Assembly: GCA_963665845.2 (NCBI GenBank) | Contig: OY762492.1 | Span: 1,216,001 to 1,280,000 of the forward strand | Direction of reading: 5' to 3' | Source of the DNA: Candidatus Poribacteria bacterium | GTDB taxonomy: Bacteria; Poribacteria; WGA-4E; GCA-2687025 | DNA: 64,000 nt | Shown here: positions 39,044 through 48,175 of the stretch, piece after piece | How the letters are laid out: every line of letters starts with the position of its first letter | How positions within the stretch are numbered: the stretch's first letter is position 1 | Notes under the pieces: model-generated | What the model was told of the DNA's origin: nothing | Databases searched by the model: none | Seen by the model: only the letters and a program-made list of their open reading frames with translations | Position numbers and translations under genes: made by a program

Positions 39044-39351
39044 ATATTTGCGGCGGCGCGGCGCGTTCCGATTCCCCCCTTGAAAAGGGGGGCTAGGGGG
39101 GTTTAAAGGACGGGCGCGGCGGCTGCGAAGCCTTAAGATTCCCGCTTACGCGGGAATGACGAGGAGAGGGCGCGGGAATGCATGTCCTCGCGGGCATGTC
39201 CTCGCGGAAGCGGGGAACGTCAGGCGGCGGCGACGCTTTAGGGTCAAAAATGAAGCTCATCGCATGAGCGTACTACCTATGAGAAAAGGCGTTGCGCTCC
39301 GCCGACGCAAGGAGTAAAATAGGGGCGTCATTAAATAAAGGAGGGGATCGT

Positions 39352-40296
39352 ATGTTGCCGCGCAAGATTTACATCGGCGCCGTTCTCTTTGCTGCGCTCA
39401 TTTTGGCGGTGTTTGTTTGGCTGTGGATAGACGCTGAGCGCGGCAGTGGCGCCGCGCTTCCGAATACGATGCCGCCCGAATCTGCCCAGATACAGACTCC
39501 CCCCGTTCCGCGCGCCATCAACGCGGATAAATCTGACGGGGAAGACGAAGAGACGGAGGTCGGCGCGGATGACAGCGGTCGCTCCCAAGATGCGCCTTAC
39601 CAGTTCAAAGATTGGAAGGAGGCGCGCGATAGCTGGGCGAATCTGGTCGCGGAAGAATTCGAGAGGCTGTTGCGCACAGAGTCGTTTAACCACCCATTCG
39701 ATCTGACTGCGACAGCGTATGAAAACATCCTGGAACGCGTCATAGATAAGGAAGATCCGCTCTCTAAGGCTATAACGCCATTCCTCCCCCTAAACGATCT
39801 TCCTGGGCGGATACCGATTGATGACATCGGCCCTGTTCGTTTTCTGATACGGACAGGCCACATGTCCCCCGATGTGTATAAGATTCGGATGAAGCTGCCG
39901 AACGGCGAGATGTACATGGCGGACAACAACGAGCAGGTCGTCATGACTTATCAGGTTTTGCGTCCGCTCTATCCTGTTGAAAAGGAGAGTATAGCGCGCC
40001 TTGAAAAACAGATCTTGGATTTAGAAGCGCGGCTGTTGGCGACTCCCAACGATGCCGCGCTGCAACAAAAGCTCAACGGGAAACGCGCAGAGTTGGAAGA
40101 GATGAAGCAGCCAAGATATGTGACTCACACAAGCGGAGGGGGAGCGACGAACAGGGGTCAGCCCGGCTTTAGAATCACCGAAATGGATTTTGGGATTCTT
40201 AGTGAAGAGGATCTGAATCGGGAGAGTTCAGGTTATCGGGGTAGACTCTGGGGCTTTACGGAAGAGTTTCGGAGGAAGTATCCACATTTGAAATAG
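39352..40296 (+). CDS. Hypothetical membrane-anchored exported protein (paralog of 40957..41826)
   Basis: AGGAGG RBS, N-terminal TM, LPNGE motif, coiled coil. Confidence 0.7.
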   Translation: MLPRKIYIGAVLFAALILAVFVWLWIDAERGSGAALPNTMPPESAQIQTPPVPRAINADKSDGEDEETEVGADDSGRSQDAPYQFKDWKEARDSWANLVAEEFERLLRTESFNHPFDLTATAYENILERVIDKEDPLSKAITPFLPLNDLPGRIPIDDIGPVRFLIRTGHMSPDVYKIRMKLPNGEMYMADNNEQVVMTYQVLRPLYPVEKESIARLEKQILDLEARLLATPNDAALQQKLNGKRAELEEMKQPRYVTHTSGGGATNRGQPGFRITEMDFGILSEEDLNRESSGYRGRLWGFTEEFRRKYPHLK

Positions 40297-40903
40297 GCTT
40301 TGGGGTTTTTGGCGGTAAAGCGGCTTGATCGGTCTGGAGGCTAGTTGTTGGCGCGGGAGACGGCTTTCCATAAAGCGTCGGTCCGATATGCCATTCGCCC
40401 TTATCTTTTCGAGGCTTTACGAATCCAAAGATCGTGTCGGCGCCATGGTTGACTGGCATTTCGGAATTGCAAGACATATACTCAACGATCCTTTCAGCCC
40501 CTTTGTGCTTATGGCGATGAACGGCGCTTTCGATCTCGACCCGCATGCCGCGCAGCGTCGGGACGCCTGTGAAAGCGTACGTTCCATGCTTGGATGTTTT
40601 GACCGTTTGAGAGTAGTTTTTCGCGTAGAGTCGGACCCTGCATTCGTTTTTTACGGCGGTTCCGTCGGGCGGCGTTTCATCGGAGCTCAAAGGCGTCCGG
40701 TCTATCGCGCAGAACACTTTCCCTTTCACCCTAATTTTCTGTTGAGAATTCCACCAAATCTGAACAGAGTCGAAGGTTGACGCGGCGCCGCTCGTCAGAA
40801 TACTCGCGCACAGCAAACCGAGCGGAATCGCTATAACGACAGCGGCGGCTTTGGCGGCAATGTTTTTGACCGATGCGACAGACATGAGCAGCCCGACCTC
40901 CAA
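40256..40903 (-). CDS. Hypothetical exported protein, carboxypeptidase-regulatory-like beta sandwich
   Basis: N-terminal TM; VKGKVF...TVKTSKHGTYAFTGVP pattern. Confidence 0.5.
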   Translation of the reverse strand: MEVGLLMSVASVKNIAAKAAAVVIAIPLGLLCASILTSGAASTFDSVQIWWNSQQKIRVKGKVFCAIDRTPLSSDETPPDGTAVKNECRVRLYAKNYSQTVKTSKHGTYAFTGVPTLRGMRVEIESAVHRHKHKGAERIVEYMSCNSEMPVNHGADTIFGFVKPRKDKGEWHIGPTLYGKPSPAPTTSLQTDQAALPPKTPKPISNVDTSSETLP

Positions 40904-40956
40904 TGCAGATTGTGTTCGGCGGTAAAATGCGCCCGCTAAGGCGCCGCCGCATCAGT

Positions 40957-41826
40957 TTAATGCTCATGATGGGCGACGTCAACAACTCCCAAGTCCAGCT
41001 CGATAATTTTGTATGTGTCCTCCGCCCCCGCCTTAAAGACGCGGGGGGAGGATATTGTCGGCGATTGCAGCGCCGTTATCGATTTTTTGACCTTCTTCAG
41101 CTCCTCAACGACGCTGTCAAACTCCGCATCCGATGCATTGATCAGCGCGGTATACAAAGCAGACTCGCGCCGGCGCAGAGTTTCGGATACCCGCGCCCCT
41201 TCCGCTGTACGAACGCGGGGAGGCGTTCGCGTCCGGTATGCCGCCCGCAGCTGATGATTTTTTTCTAGAGGAAAAACCTCCCCGTTGGGCAAACTGACCA
41301 TAATGTACTGGCTTCCGCCAGGCAACTTCCCCGCCCAGACCATTATCCAACTGGCGCTGCTCCATATTTCCCAGGGTATCGCCGTATCGTTCCAGCGGTC
41401 ATATTTTTCCCGTTCCGCCTCACTCATACCCTTAATCGGAGGGAACGGCATAAACTTCTCCATCGCCTTATTCAATGCGGCTAATTCAGGGTCGTTTCGA
41501 AGTTTCTCGTTAAAGTTAATGACTGCATAGAATTCTGGTTGGGGGCGCCCCTCAGCCTTCAGCCGTTCGCATTCTTCGCCTGCCTGTCGCGCGTACTCGT
41601 TCAGCGCGTCTTGCCATGTCAGAAAGTGATAGGTTTTCTCGGCGGCGGAATCCGCCGTCTCCTGCTCCTTTATATCCGGCTGTTCAGATTCGTTAGAGGG
41701 CGAAGATGCGTCCGCCGGCGCGTCGGGGGCAATCGGATCCGATTCGTCATTCCGCCTCAGCAGCGCGAAGAGAGCGCCAATGATGATGAGCGCCGTCAAC
41801 GCGATGGCCGCATACCGTTTTTTCAT
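40957..41826 (-). CDS. Hypothetical membrane-anchored exported protein (paralog of 39352..40296)
   Basis: MKKRY plus TM; shares LPNGE and C-terminal I.E.D.G motifs with its paralog. Confidence 0.7.
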   Translation of the reverse strand: MKKRYAAIALTALIIIGALFALLRRNDESDPIAPDAPADASSPSNESEQPDIKEQETADSAAEKTYHFLTWQDALNEYARQAGEECERLKAEGRPQPEFYAVINFNEKLRNDPELAALNKAMEKFMPFPPIKGMSEAEREKYDRWNDTAIPWEIWSSASWIMVWAGKLPGGSQYIMVSLPNGEVFPLEKNHQLRAAYRTRTPPRVRTAEGARVSETLRRRESALYTALINASDAEFDSVVEELKKVKKSITALQSPTISSPRVFKAGAEDTYKIIELDLGVVDVAHHEH

Positions 41827-41848
41827 GATTCTCCCGTCCGTTGAGCGG

Positions 41849-42382
41849 CTACCGCGTATTTTTGCTTGCGCGGGAACGGCGGCGCTGTCGGCGGAGCGCG
41901 TCCCACTTTTGGCGTTTGAGACGGGCGGCGGCGGCGCGTTCAATAGCGGCGCGCACCTTCGCGCTCTGAATGCTGGACGCCATCCTTCGAATTTCCGCCC
42001 GCTCCTCCGCGGTCAGCTCCACGTTTTCAAGATCGGGCTTCGGCGGGGGCGGACGGCGGACAGGCGGCGCCTGTTTCGGCGCCGAACCGCTCTTGCCCCG
42101 ATTCTCAATGCGGACGCTTCGAACCGCGTTTTGACCCAGATACTGGTTGACGCGCTCCAGATAGATCGTCTGCGCGAAGGACGCCTCCTGGGCGGCGGGC
42201 GACGACTCCGCCGACAAGAGCAGCGTTCCCTTGAAGAGGCTCACCGGGCGCGCGATCGTCGACTCAGGCGCGCCGACGATCTCATCCCAGCGGTCAAACA
42301 GGTCGCGGACGCTTCGCCCGTGTTTCAGCTCCCGCTCCATCGAAAGCCGCTGGACAATGTCGGATAGAGAGGTGAGTTTCAT
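41849..42382 (-). CDS. DUF721 / DciA-family protein
   Basis: W.EIVG....ARPV..KGTL......AQE..F......VN..LG..V..VR pattern. Confidence 0.75.
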   Translation of the reverse strand: MKLTSLSDIVQRLSMERELKHGRSVRDLFDRWDEIVGAPESTIARPVSLFKGTLLLSAESSPAAQEASFAQTIYLERVNQYLGQNAVRSVRIENRGKSGSAPKQAPPVRRPPPPKPDLENVELTAEERAEIRRMASSIQSAKVRAAIERAAAARLKRQKWDALRRQRRRSRASKNTR

Positions 42383-42417
42383 GCGCGTTTTAAGATTCTC
42401 GCGTCAAGCGCGGGATA

Positions 42418-42576
42418 CTGACCTTGAGTCTTTAGTTGGAACATTCGGCCTGGCGAACGCGGACGGTTTCTGTCGGGACTCTGGATTCCCGCTTGCGCGG
42501 GAATGACAGGGAGAGGGCGCGGGAATGACGACCTGGTTAGCATACTCTTTCCCGTCAATAGAGCGGTCATTCGTTC
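42418..42576 (-). mobile_element. Near-complete MITE copy lacking the left TIR
   Basis: CTGACCTTGAGTCTTTAGTTGGAACA plus REP-A and the reverse complement of the subterminal block. Confidence 0.75.
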
Positions 42577-42595
42577 TATAGGCGCCGCCGCTTGA

Positions 42596-43189
42596 TCAGT
42601 TCGGCTGTATTCCGAACGCTTGGATTTCGCGCAGGCGCGCCGGCGATTCAATGATGATGCGGTAGTACTCGATGAGGCGTCCGGCAACGATGTCGCGGTG
42701 ATAGTCGATGATGATGTCGCCCGGTTCGGGCGCCAGTTTCGTGATGATGATGTCGTCCGCGGTGCGCGACGCCGTAACGCGCAGCCGGTCGGTTTGAATG
42801 TTGATGTTGCGTATGTCGAAACGGGGCTGTATCTGCCGCGCAATCCCTTCCACATGGCGCCGCTGCCGGACAGTTTCTAGGTTCTCCCACATTTCGCGCT
42901 GCGGGTCCCAGTAATCGACGCGGAACCTGTGCAGGTTGTCGTTTTCGATTTTGATGCGCCGGATGCGTTTCACTTCAGGAAATTGAAGGATGAATTCGCG
43001 CGGCTCTTTTGGGCGCGTCTCGGCGACGGTGGAGAATTTGCCGTCGTTCAGATACGGATGATTGGCGGCTGCGCCAAGCTCCGACAGGGCGTAGTTTTCG
43101 CTCCATTCCGTGTGGACGAGCGACGCGCACCCTGCGCAGCACGCCATGAGCGCCAACGCCGCTCCGATCAGCCGGACGCGCGTTCGCAT
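42596..43189 (-). CDS. Hypothetical lipoprotein (galactose-binding/discoidin-like)
   Basis: Lipobox CAGC; ENYAL...LNDG; C-terminal LREIQAFG. Confidence 0.55.
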   Translation of the reverse strand: MRTRVRLIGAALALMACCAGCASLVHTEWSENYALSELGAAANHPYLNDGKFSTVAETRPKEPREFILQFPEVKRIRRIKIENDNLHRFRVDYWDPQREMWENLETVRQRRHVEGIARQIQPRFDIRNINIQTDRLRVTASRTADDIIITKLAPEPGDIIIDYHRDIVAGRLIEYYRIIIESPARLREIQAFGIQPN

Positions 43190-43190
43190 A

Positions 43191-43373
43191 TCAGTTCGGT
43201 TCGCCGATGGAGCCGCCCAGTCCAGCGATTCCGATAAACAGAGCCGCCAGTACCGCCGACGGGAGCGTCAAGGAGAAGCCCATGCCGGCAATCAGCCCGG
43301 CGAGGCATCCGATGGCGGCTCCGTATGCGGCGCCGATGACGGCTCCCCAGAGCGTTGCTTTTAAAGCGCGCAT
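43191..43373 (-). CDS. Small Gly-rich membrane protein
   Basis: 60 aa with two Gly-zipper-like TM helices; closely packed in the operon. Confidence 0.5.
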   Translation of the reverse strand: MRALKATLWGAVIGAAYGAAIGCLAGLIAGMGFSLTLPSAVLAALFIGIAGLGGSIGEPN

Positions 43374-43382
43374 CTCTTTTTC

Positions 43383-43976
43383 CTATTCAACTCGAAAGGC
43401 GGCAACGCGCAATCGATCCAGAAACCGCTGCCAGTAGTAATGGATGCGCCGCCGCTTCCAGTATAACGTAACGAACCCGTACACGATGAAGGCGGAGAGC
43501 ATCGCCAGCGCCGCGACGGGCTGATTTGAGCCGATCGCTTTCAACAGCAGAAGCGGTATCGCCGCGAGCGAGGCGCCGTAAAACAGTGTGCGCATGCCGA
43601 GAACGGCGTTCAGCAGCCAGACGCGGCGTATCCACCTTGGCGCCGTCCATGTGAAGACGCAGTACACGGCGCCGCCGATGAACACCCATGCGGGCAGCAA
43701 GCCCGCCTGCGTCACCGCGAGGCCGGCGGCGGCAAGCATGAACGTGTCGGCGAGCCGTTCCGCCTTCGCTCCAAAGTCGGTCTGCGCTTTCCATCGGCGC
43801 GCCAGGGCGCCGTCCACCCAGTCGGTGATCTGGGCGGCGACCAGCGCGCACAGCGAGGCGATGTAATGCTCCCGAACGGTCAGCCAGTAAAACGCGACCG
43901 AAAGCGGAATGCGCGAGGCGGTGAGCAGATTGGGCGCCCAGCGCCGTAGGTCGGTTCGTTGCGGTGAAACAAGCAT
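43383..43976 (-). CDS. CDP-alcohol phosphatidyltransferase family protein
   Basis: PNLLTASRI and TDWVDGALARR...TDFGA..ERLAD (variant motif). Confidence 0.85.
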   Translation of the reverse strand: MLVSPQRTDLRRWAPNLLTASRIPLSVAFYWLTVREHYIASLCALVAAQITDWVDGALARRWKAQTDFGAKAERLADTFMLAAAGLAVTQAGLLPAWVFIGGAVYCVFTWTAPRWIRRVWLLNAVLGMRTLFYGASLAAIPLLLLKAIGSNQPVAALAMLSAFIVYGFVTLYWKRRRIHYYWQRFLDRLRVAAFRVE

Positions 43977-43992
43977 GGCGTCAATCCTGCGG

Positions 43993-44859
43993 CTATTGAA
44001 TTGTTTTGAGCATGTCTTGTATGTTTTCTAAACAGTAGCGGGACGCCTCTTCGCCCGCTTCGGAAAAAGCGGCGCCGCCGGGGCGGTTCAGGAGCGACTC
44101 GGACAGCGCCTCCTTCGGCCGCCAGTGCGTTTCCAGCGTCAAGTAGCCGTCGTATCCGTCCGCGAGGTAACGTTCAAACTGCCCGCGCCAGTCGATGAGT
44201 CCTTCGCCGACCGGAACGCTTTGCATCTCGCCGTTCTCGTCCGGCGCGCCGTCTTTCATATGCCCGTGAATCATGACATCTTTGAGCGTCTCGTATCCTG
44301 CAGGGTACGGCGTCACGCCGTCTTCGGCGTACAGCTCGTTTGCCGGGTCCCAGATGGCGCGGACGCATGGGCGGTTGATTTCATCGATGAAGCGGCGGGT
44401 GAGAGCCGCTGTCGCCAGCGAAGTGGTGTGTTCATTCTCCATGCCGAGCGTCATTCCTTCGCTTTCGGCGATGCGCAGCGGTTCTTCGAAGGCGTCCAGT
44501 ATTTCGCCCCACCGCTCCTCGGTCTTTCCGCAGTCCCAGAAGGCGAAGACGCGCAGAACGGGGGCGTCGAAGGCTTGAGCGAGTCGGGCGCAATTTCGAA
44601 GTATCTGCAGATGCTCCCTGCGTTCGTCAGGGTCGTCGATCTCGCATTTGTAGAACGGCGTTGCGACGCCGCACACGTCCACGCCGGACCCGTCCAGAGC
44701 CGTTTTCATCTGGGCGATGTCGTCGGCGTCCAGGTCTTGCGGCTGCTTGTTGTTCACAGAACGAATCTCGATGGCGTCCAGACCGTAGTCTTGGCACACC
44801 TTGAGAACTACGTTGAAGTCCTGCGACACTTCGTCGGTGATGATTCCAAGTTTGAACAT
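43993..44859 (-). CDS. Sugar phosphate isomerase/epimerase (xylose-isomerase-like TIM barrel)
   Basis: ITDEVSQD, MENE, WDPAN, HMKD, LETH. Confidence 0.85.
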   Translation of the reverse strand: MFKLGIITDEVSQDFNVVLKVCQDYGLDAIEIRSVNNKQPQDLDADDIAQMKTALDGSGVDVCGVATPFYKCEIDDPDERREHLQILRNCARLAQAFDAPVLRVFAFWDCGKTEERWGEILDAFEEPLRIAESEGMTLGMENEHTTSLATAALTRRFIDEINRPCVRAIWDPANELYAEDGVTPYPAGYETLKDVMIHGHMKDGAPDENGEMQSVPVGEGLIDWRGQFERYLADGYDGYLTLETHWRPKEALSESLLNRPGGAAFSEAGEEASRYCLENIQDMLKTIQ

Positions 44860-44924
44860 AAGCGTCCTTCACATATCATAACGCATCGTAGGGCGTTTGG
44901 CTACATGCTTGCGCGTTTTCGCCG

Positions 44925-46217
44925 TCAAATGAATGCCGGCAGGTTGTCATTTGCGTCAAAAACCATCTCTTCGGGTTCGCTGACGATCTCGATCTCGGTC
45001 CGTTCGCGCAATTCGGGAAGCAGCGCTTCGGAGACCATCGCCTCGGACAGATGCAGCGTCGTCTTGATGCGCGCCGTCCGCGAGCGCTCCGGCGGCGTCA
45101 AACCGATCGTGTCCAGCGCCTTCTCGATCGCCTCCTTATCAGAACGGAACGCGGCGGGTATGCGGACGCCATGCGGCGTGTTCGCCGTAAAAGCGTTCAT
45201 GACGGTCGCATGCATGTCGATTCGATCCACAAGCCGCTGCGTTGTAACATCGGCGAGGCCGATGCCGCATGCGTTTCCGTACGATTTATCGGTCAGATCC
45301 AGCGCGGCAATGCGCAGCGCTTTCGGCGCGTCGGGCGGCATCGGGTACAGGTCGGGATAGAGCGCGCGTCCGATGATGTTGGTGTCCATGCCGGTTCCGC
45401 TGATGTTTTTTCCGATCTGGTCAATGATGAGGCAATCGAGCGGATCGGCGGGCAGTTTGCCCATGAGGTTGCGCGCTTCGGTCAGCAGTTTCTGCTCCGT
45501 TTCGATGATCTCTTCCGGGGCGACCGCATGGAGGCGCGCCGTTTCATCGTAAGCGTTTTCCAGTATCGCCAGCCCGAAGAGCAGCTTGCCTCGGTCGATG
45601 TGCGTCTGCGCGGCTCCGAGGACGGTCGATTCAAAGTCCACATTCAGAAACGCTTTGTGGTAGTAGTCGGCGCCGAGCTGCTTTCCGACGCCGATAGCGA
45701 GCATTTTACACAAGCCGCTTTCGACGCAGCCGTTGAAGTCGGTATGCGGTTTGACGCGGTTGACGACGGCGATATGGTCGGCGTTGTAGGCATGGCGGTC
45801 GCAGTAGACGGGCGTTCCGTTGGAAAGTACGCCGATCTCTACCGCGTCCATTGAGGAGCGTATCGGGCATCCCATGCTGTTTTCGTTGACGCCGTAGCTG
45901 TTGAGTACGTCGATCTGCCCTTGCGCCGCCGCTCCGCCGTGGCTTCCCATGGCGGGGAAAATGAACGGCTTGGCGCCGGCGTCTTTGAGGCTATCGACAA
46001 CGGCGCGCAGGATCTCGGCGATGTTGGCGATGCCGCGGGAGCCTGCGGTTACGGCAACCTCGGCGCCGGGTTGAAGGCGCGTTTCGAGGCGCAGCCGTTT
46101 CAGCTCCTGGACGGCGCCGGCGCGGACATCCGACAGCGCCGGGCGCGGAAATCGATGCCGTATCTTCGCCATTTTAGGGAGGCGGCCGTTGCGGCGCGGG
46201 GTCTGGTTCATCAACAT
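44925..46217 (-). CDS. LarA-like (DUF2088) lactate racemase domain protein
   Basis: TAGSRGI, PAMGSHGG, NRVKPHTDF, ESGLCKM..IG.GK, GKNISGTGMDTN. Confidence 0.8.
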   Translation of the reverse strand: MLMNQTPRRNGRLPKMAKIRHRFPRPALSDVRAGAVQELKRLRLETRLQPGAEVAVTAGSRGIANIAEILRAVVDSLKDAGAKPFIFPAMGSHGGAAAQGQIDVLNSYGVNENSMGCPIRSSMDAVEIGVLSNGTPVYCDRHAYNADHIAVVNRVKPHTDFNGCVESGLCKMLAIGVGKQLGADYYHKAFLNVDFESTVLGAAQTHIDRGKLLFGLAILENAYDETARLHAVAPEEIIETEQKLLTEARNLMGKLPADPLDCLIIDQIGKNISGTGMDTNIIGRALYPDLYPMPPDAPKALRIAALDLTDKSYGNACGIGLADVTTQRLVDRIDMHATVMNAFTANTPHGVRIPAAFRSDKEAIEKALDTIGLTPPERSRTARIKTTLHLSEAMVSEALLPELRERTEIEIVSEPEEMVFDANDNLPAFI

Positions 46218-46233
46218 GCTCCTCTGCTGCGTT

Positions 46234-46309
46234 TGGCGCGCCCGGCAGGAGTCGAACCTGCGGCCTAGTGATTAGAAGTCACTTGCTCTATCCGCTGAGC
46301 TACGGGCGC
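46234..46309 (-). tRNA. tRNA-Arg (anticodon TCT)
   Basis: Minus strand GCGCCCGTAGCTCAGCGGATAGAGCA-AGTGA-CTTCTAA-TCACT-AGGCCGCAGGTTCGACTCCTGCCGGGCGCG-CCA, 76 nt. Confidence 0.97.
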
Positions 46310-46380
46310 TCCTCTGATGCGCTCTTGGCGCGCTCAATTTAAAGTATAGCGGAGCGGCTTTAAAACGGCAACGTTTGGAA

Positions 46381-46548
46381 CTGACCTGACGCCTAAAGTT
46401 GGGACATTTGAACCGACCATCGCTCTATTCATGGGTTAAAGGCGTCATCAACCGGGTCGTCATTCCCGCGTAAGCGGGAATCCAGAGTCTACCCCGAAAC
46501 CGTCCGCGTTCACAACCAGAATTGTCCCAACTCTAAGGGTGTGGTCAG
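46381..46548 (+). mobile_element. Full-length MITE copy (168 bp) with 6-bp target duplication TTGGAA
   Basis: TIRs CTGACCTGACGCCTAAAGTTGGGACA and TGTCCCAACTCTAAGGGTGTGGTCAG. TTGGAA at 46375-80 and 46549-54. Confidence 0.85.
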
Positions 46549-46556
46549 TTGGAAAA

Positions 46557-46641
46557 CTGACCTTACGTCTATAGTCGGGACATGGCGGCGGGCGAACGCG
46601 GACGGTTTCTGCGGCGCCTCTAGATTCCCGCTTACGCGGGA
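46557..46641 (-). mobile_element. MITE copy whose REP hairpin is interrupted by IS110 (resumes at 48188-48200)
   Basis: TIR CTGACCTTACGTCTATAGTCGGGACA...GATTCCCGCTTACGCGGGA, continuing as AATGACGACCTGG at 48188, as in the uninterrupted copy at 42521-42536. Confidence 0.85.
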
Positions 46642-46759
46642 GTATCTGTGTTCAAAGTCAACCATATCTCGTTCTCCGTAGTCCAGAAAGTCGCCGCGGC
46701 GGATCTTTTTCGGCAGTACCGAAGGAGCCGCCGCAGCTGTCTCTCGGAAAGGGTTTTCA

Positions 46760-47958
46760 TCAGCCTTGCGTCCTGTCGCTTGACTGCGGATCGGAAGACG
46801 CCGCCGCCGGCGCTTCTCCAGGCGCCGGCAGCGCCTCCCCGTCAGCCTCATCAGAAGACGCCGCCGCAGACGTTTCGGTCTGACCCGCGACCGACGCATC
46901 GGAAGACCCCGACTCTTCCGATGGCGCCTCAGCCTCAGTGTCATCCTGCTCATCAGAAGACGCCGACTCTTCCGACGAAGCCAACGAATGCAGCTCATCC
47001 AAAGGAACCCAAGGCGTCTCCCGCTTCAGAATCGCGTTCGCAAGAACCGCCAGCTTCCGCATGACCGCCACAAGAGCCGCCTTCCCAGGCTTGCCGTTCT
47101 CCTTCAGACGCTCGTAAAACACCTTCATGTCCGGGTTGAAACGAATCGCCGACATCGCCGACATATACAGAAGCGCCCGAATATCGCTCCGACCGCCCCA
47201 AATGCGGCGCCGACCTGTCGACTTGCCGCTCTCGTGCGCCCAAGGAGCCAAACCAAGCAGGGAACAGATCTGACGGCCGCTCCGCTCGCCCAACTCCGGC
47301 ACAAAAGAACCAGATATGCGGAAATGAGATCGCCGAAGCCCGGAATGCTCTTCAACAGACGGAACCTCTTGTAAAGATCAGGCTTTTCCTTGATCAACGC
47401 CAGAGCTTCCCGCTCCGCCGCCTTGCGCTCCTCTTTCAGAGTGTCGCGCAGCTTTTTGGTCGCAGCCTCCGTCGGCTCGCCTTCCAGTAGATGCAGCCGA
47501 TTGGTCAACTGGGTGGTCATTTTCACCAGCTGCCTGTCCATCGTCATCCAGCAGCGAGCGTCTTTCACGATCGGATCGATCGGCGTTGTCGATTCCAGAT
47601 CGCGGCTCAGCCCATACAGCGCGAGCATCTTGGCGTTCAGCGCGTCGGTCTTGGCGCGGACGCTGTAGGAGCGGATGAAGTTATGGGCAAAGTTTGGATG
47701 GCAGCGGCGGTAAGGGATCTCTGCTTCGGCGAGCAGCGACGCCAGTTTCCGCTCGTATCCGCCGGTCGGTTCAAAGACGACCATGTTGATGTTGGGGTGG
47801 GTCGTCAGGAGGCGTTTGATGAACCGCTTGATGGGGCTCGCGGCGTTTTTAATGGTGGAGGTTTCCCCGCCGTTGATGGAGATTTCAAGCGTGTCTTTGG
47901 ACGCGTCGATTCCGGCGACGATTTTGTTGCTGTTTGTCTTGGTCTGAGTTAGACTCAT
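46760..47958 (-). pseudogene. IS110 recombinase/transposase, frameshifted near 47303-47310 and DEDD->DEDN
   Basis: RuvC-like GIDASK / FEPTGGYE / KTDALNA in one frame. Tnp domain GLAPWAHESGK..GGR..LYM..MRKL in the -1 frame. AGGAG RBS before ATG 47958. Confidence 0.85.
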
Positions 47959-47984
47959 GCTCGTTCTCCTTTCTGGAGAAAAAG

Positions 47985-48175
47985 GACGAGAAGGACCGGC
48001 CTCCCTACTTGTATTCTGCACGAATGCACAACATCTGTCCGGAGCCGCCGGTTCTTCTTGTCTTCTTTGCGCGGCTCTCGATACTCCCGCACGGCGCCGC
48101 TGCGAAGCAACGCGCCCAAGACGGTCTGGAGTCTCACCGCGCTGCCCCTTAAGTATGCGCTTACTCTAGGGGCAA
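47985..48175 (-). ncRNA. Predicted IS110 bridge RNA
   Basis: 5' hairpin (48143-48174), target-binding loop (~48068-48141) and donor-binding loop (~47995-48052), with guides matching target and donor. Confidence 0.8.

Noticed and set aside
47296-47315. Programmed -1 frameshift in the IS110 transposase
   Set aside because: GTT CTT TTG is not a canonical slippery heptamer, IS110 enzymes are normally single ORFs, and a second lesion (D->N) points to decay or error.
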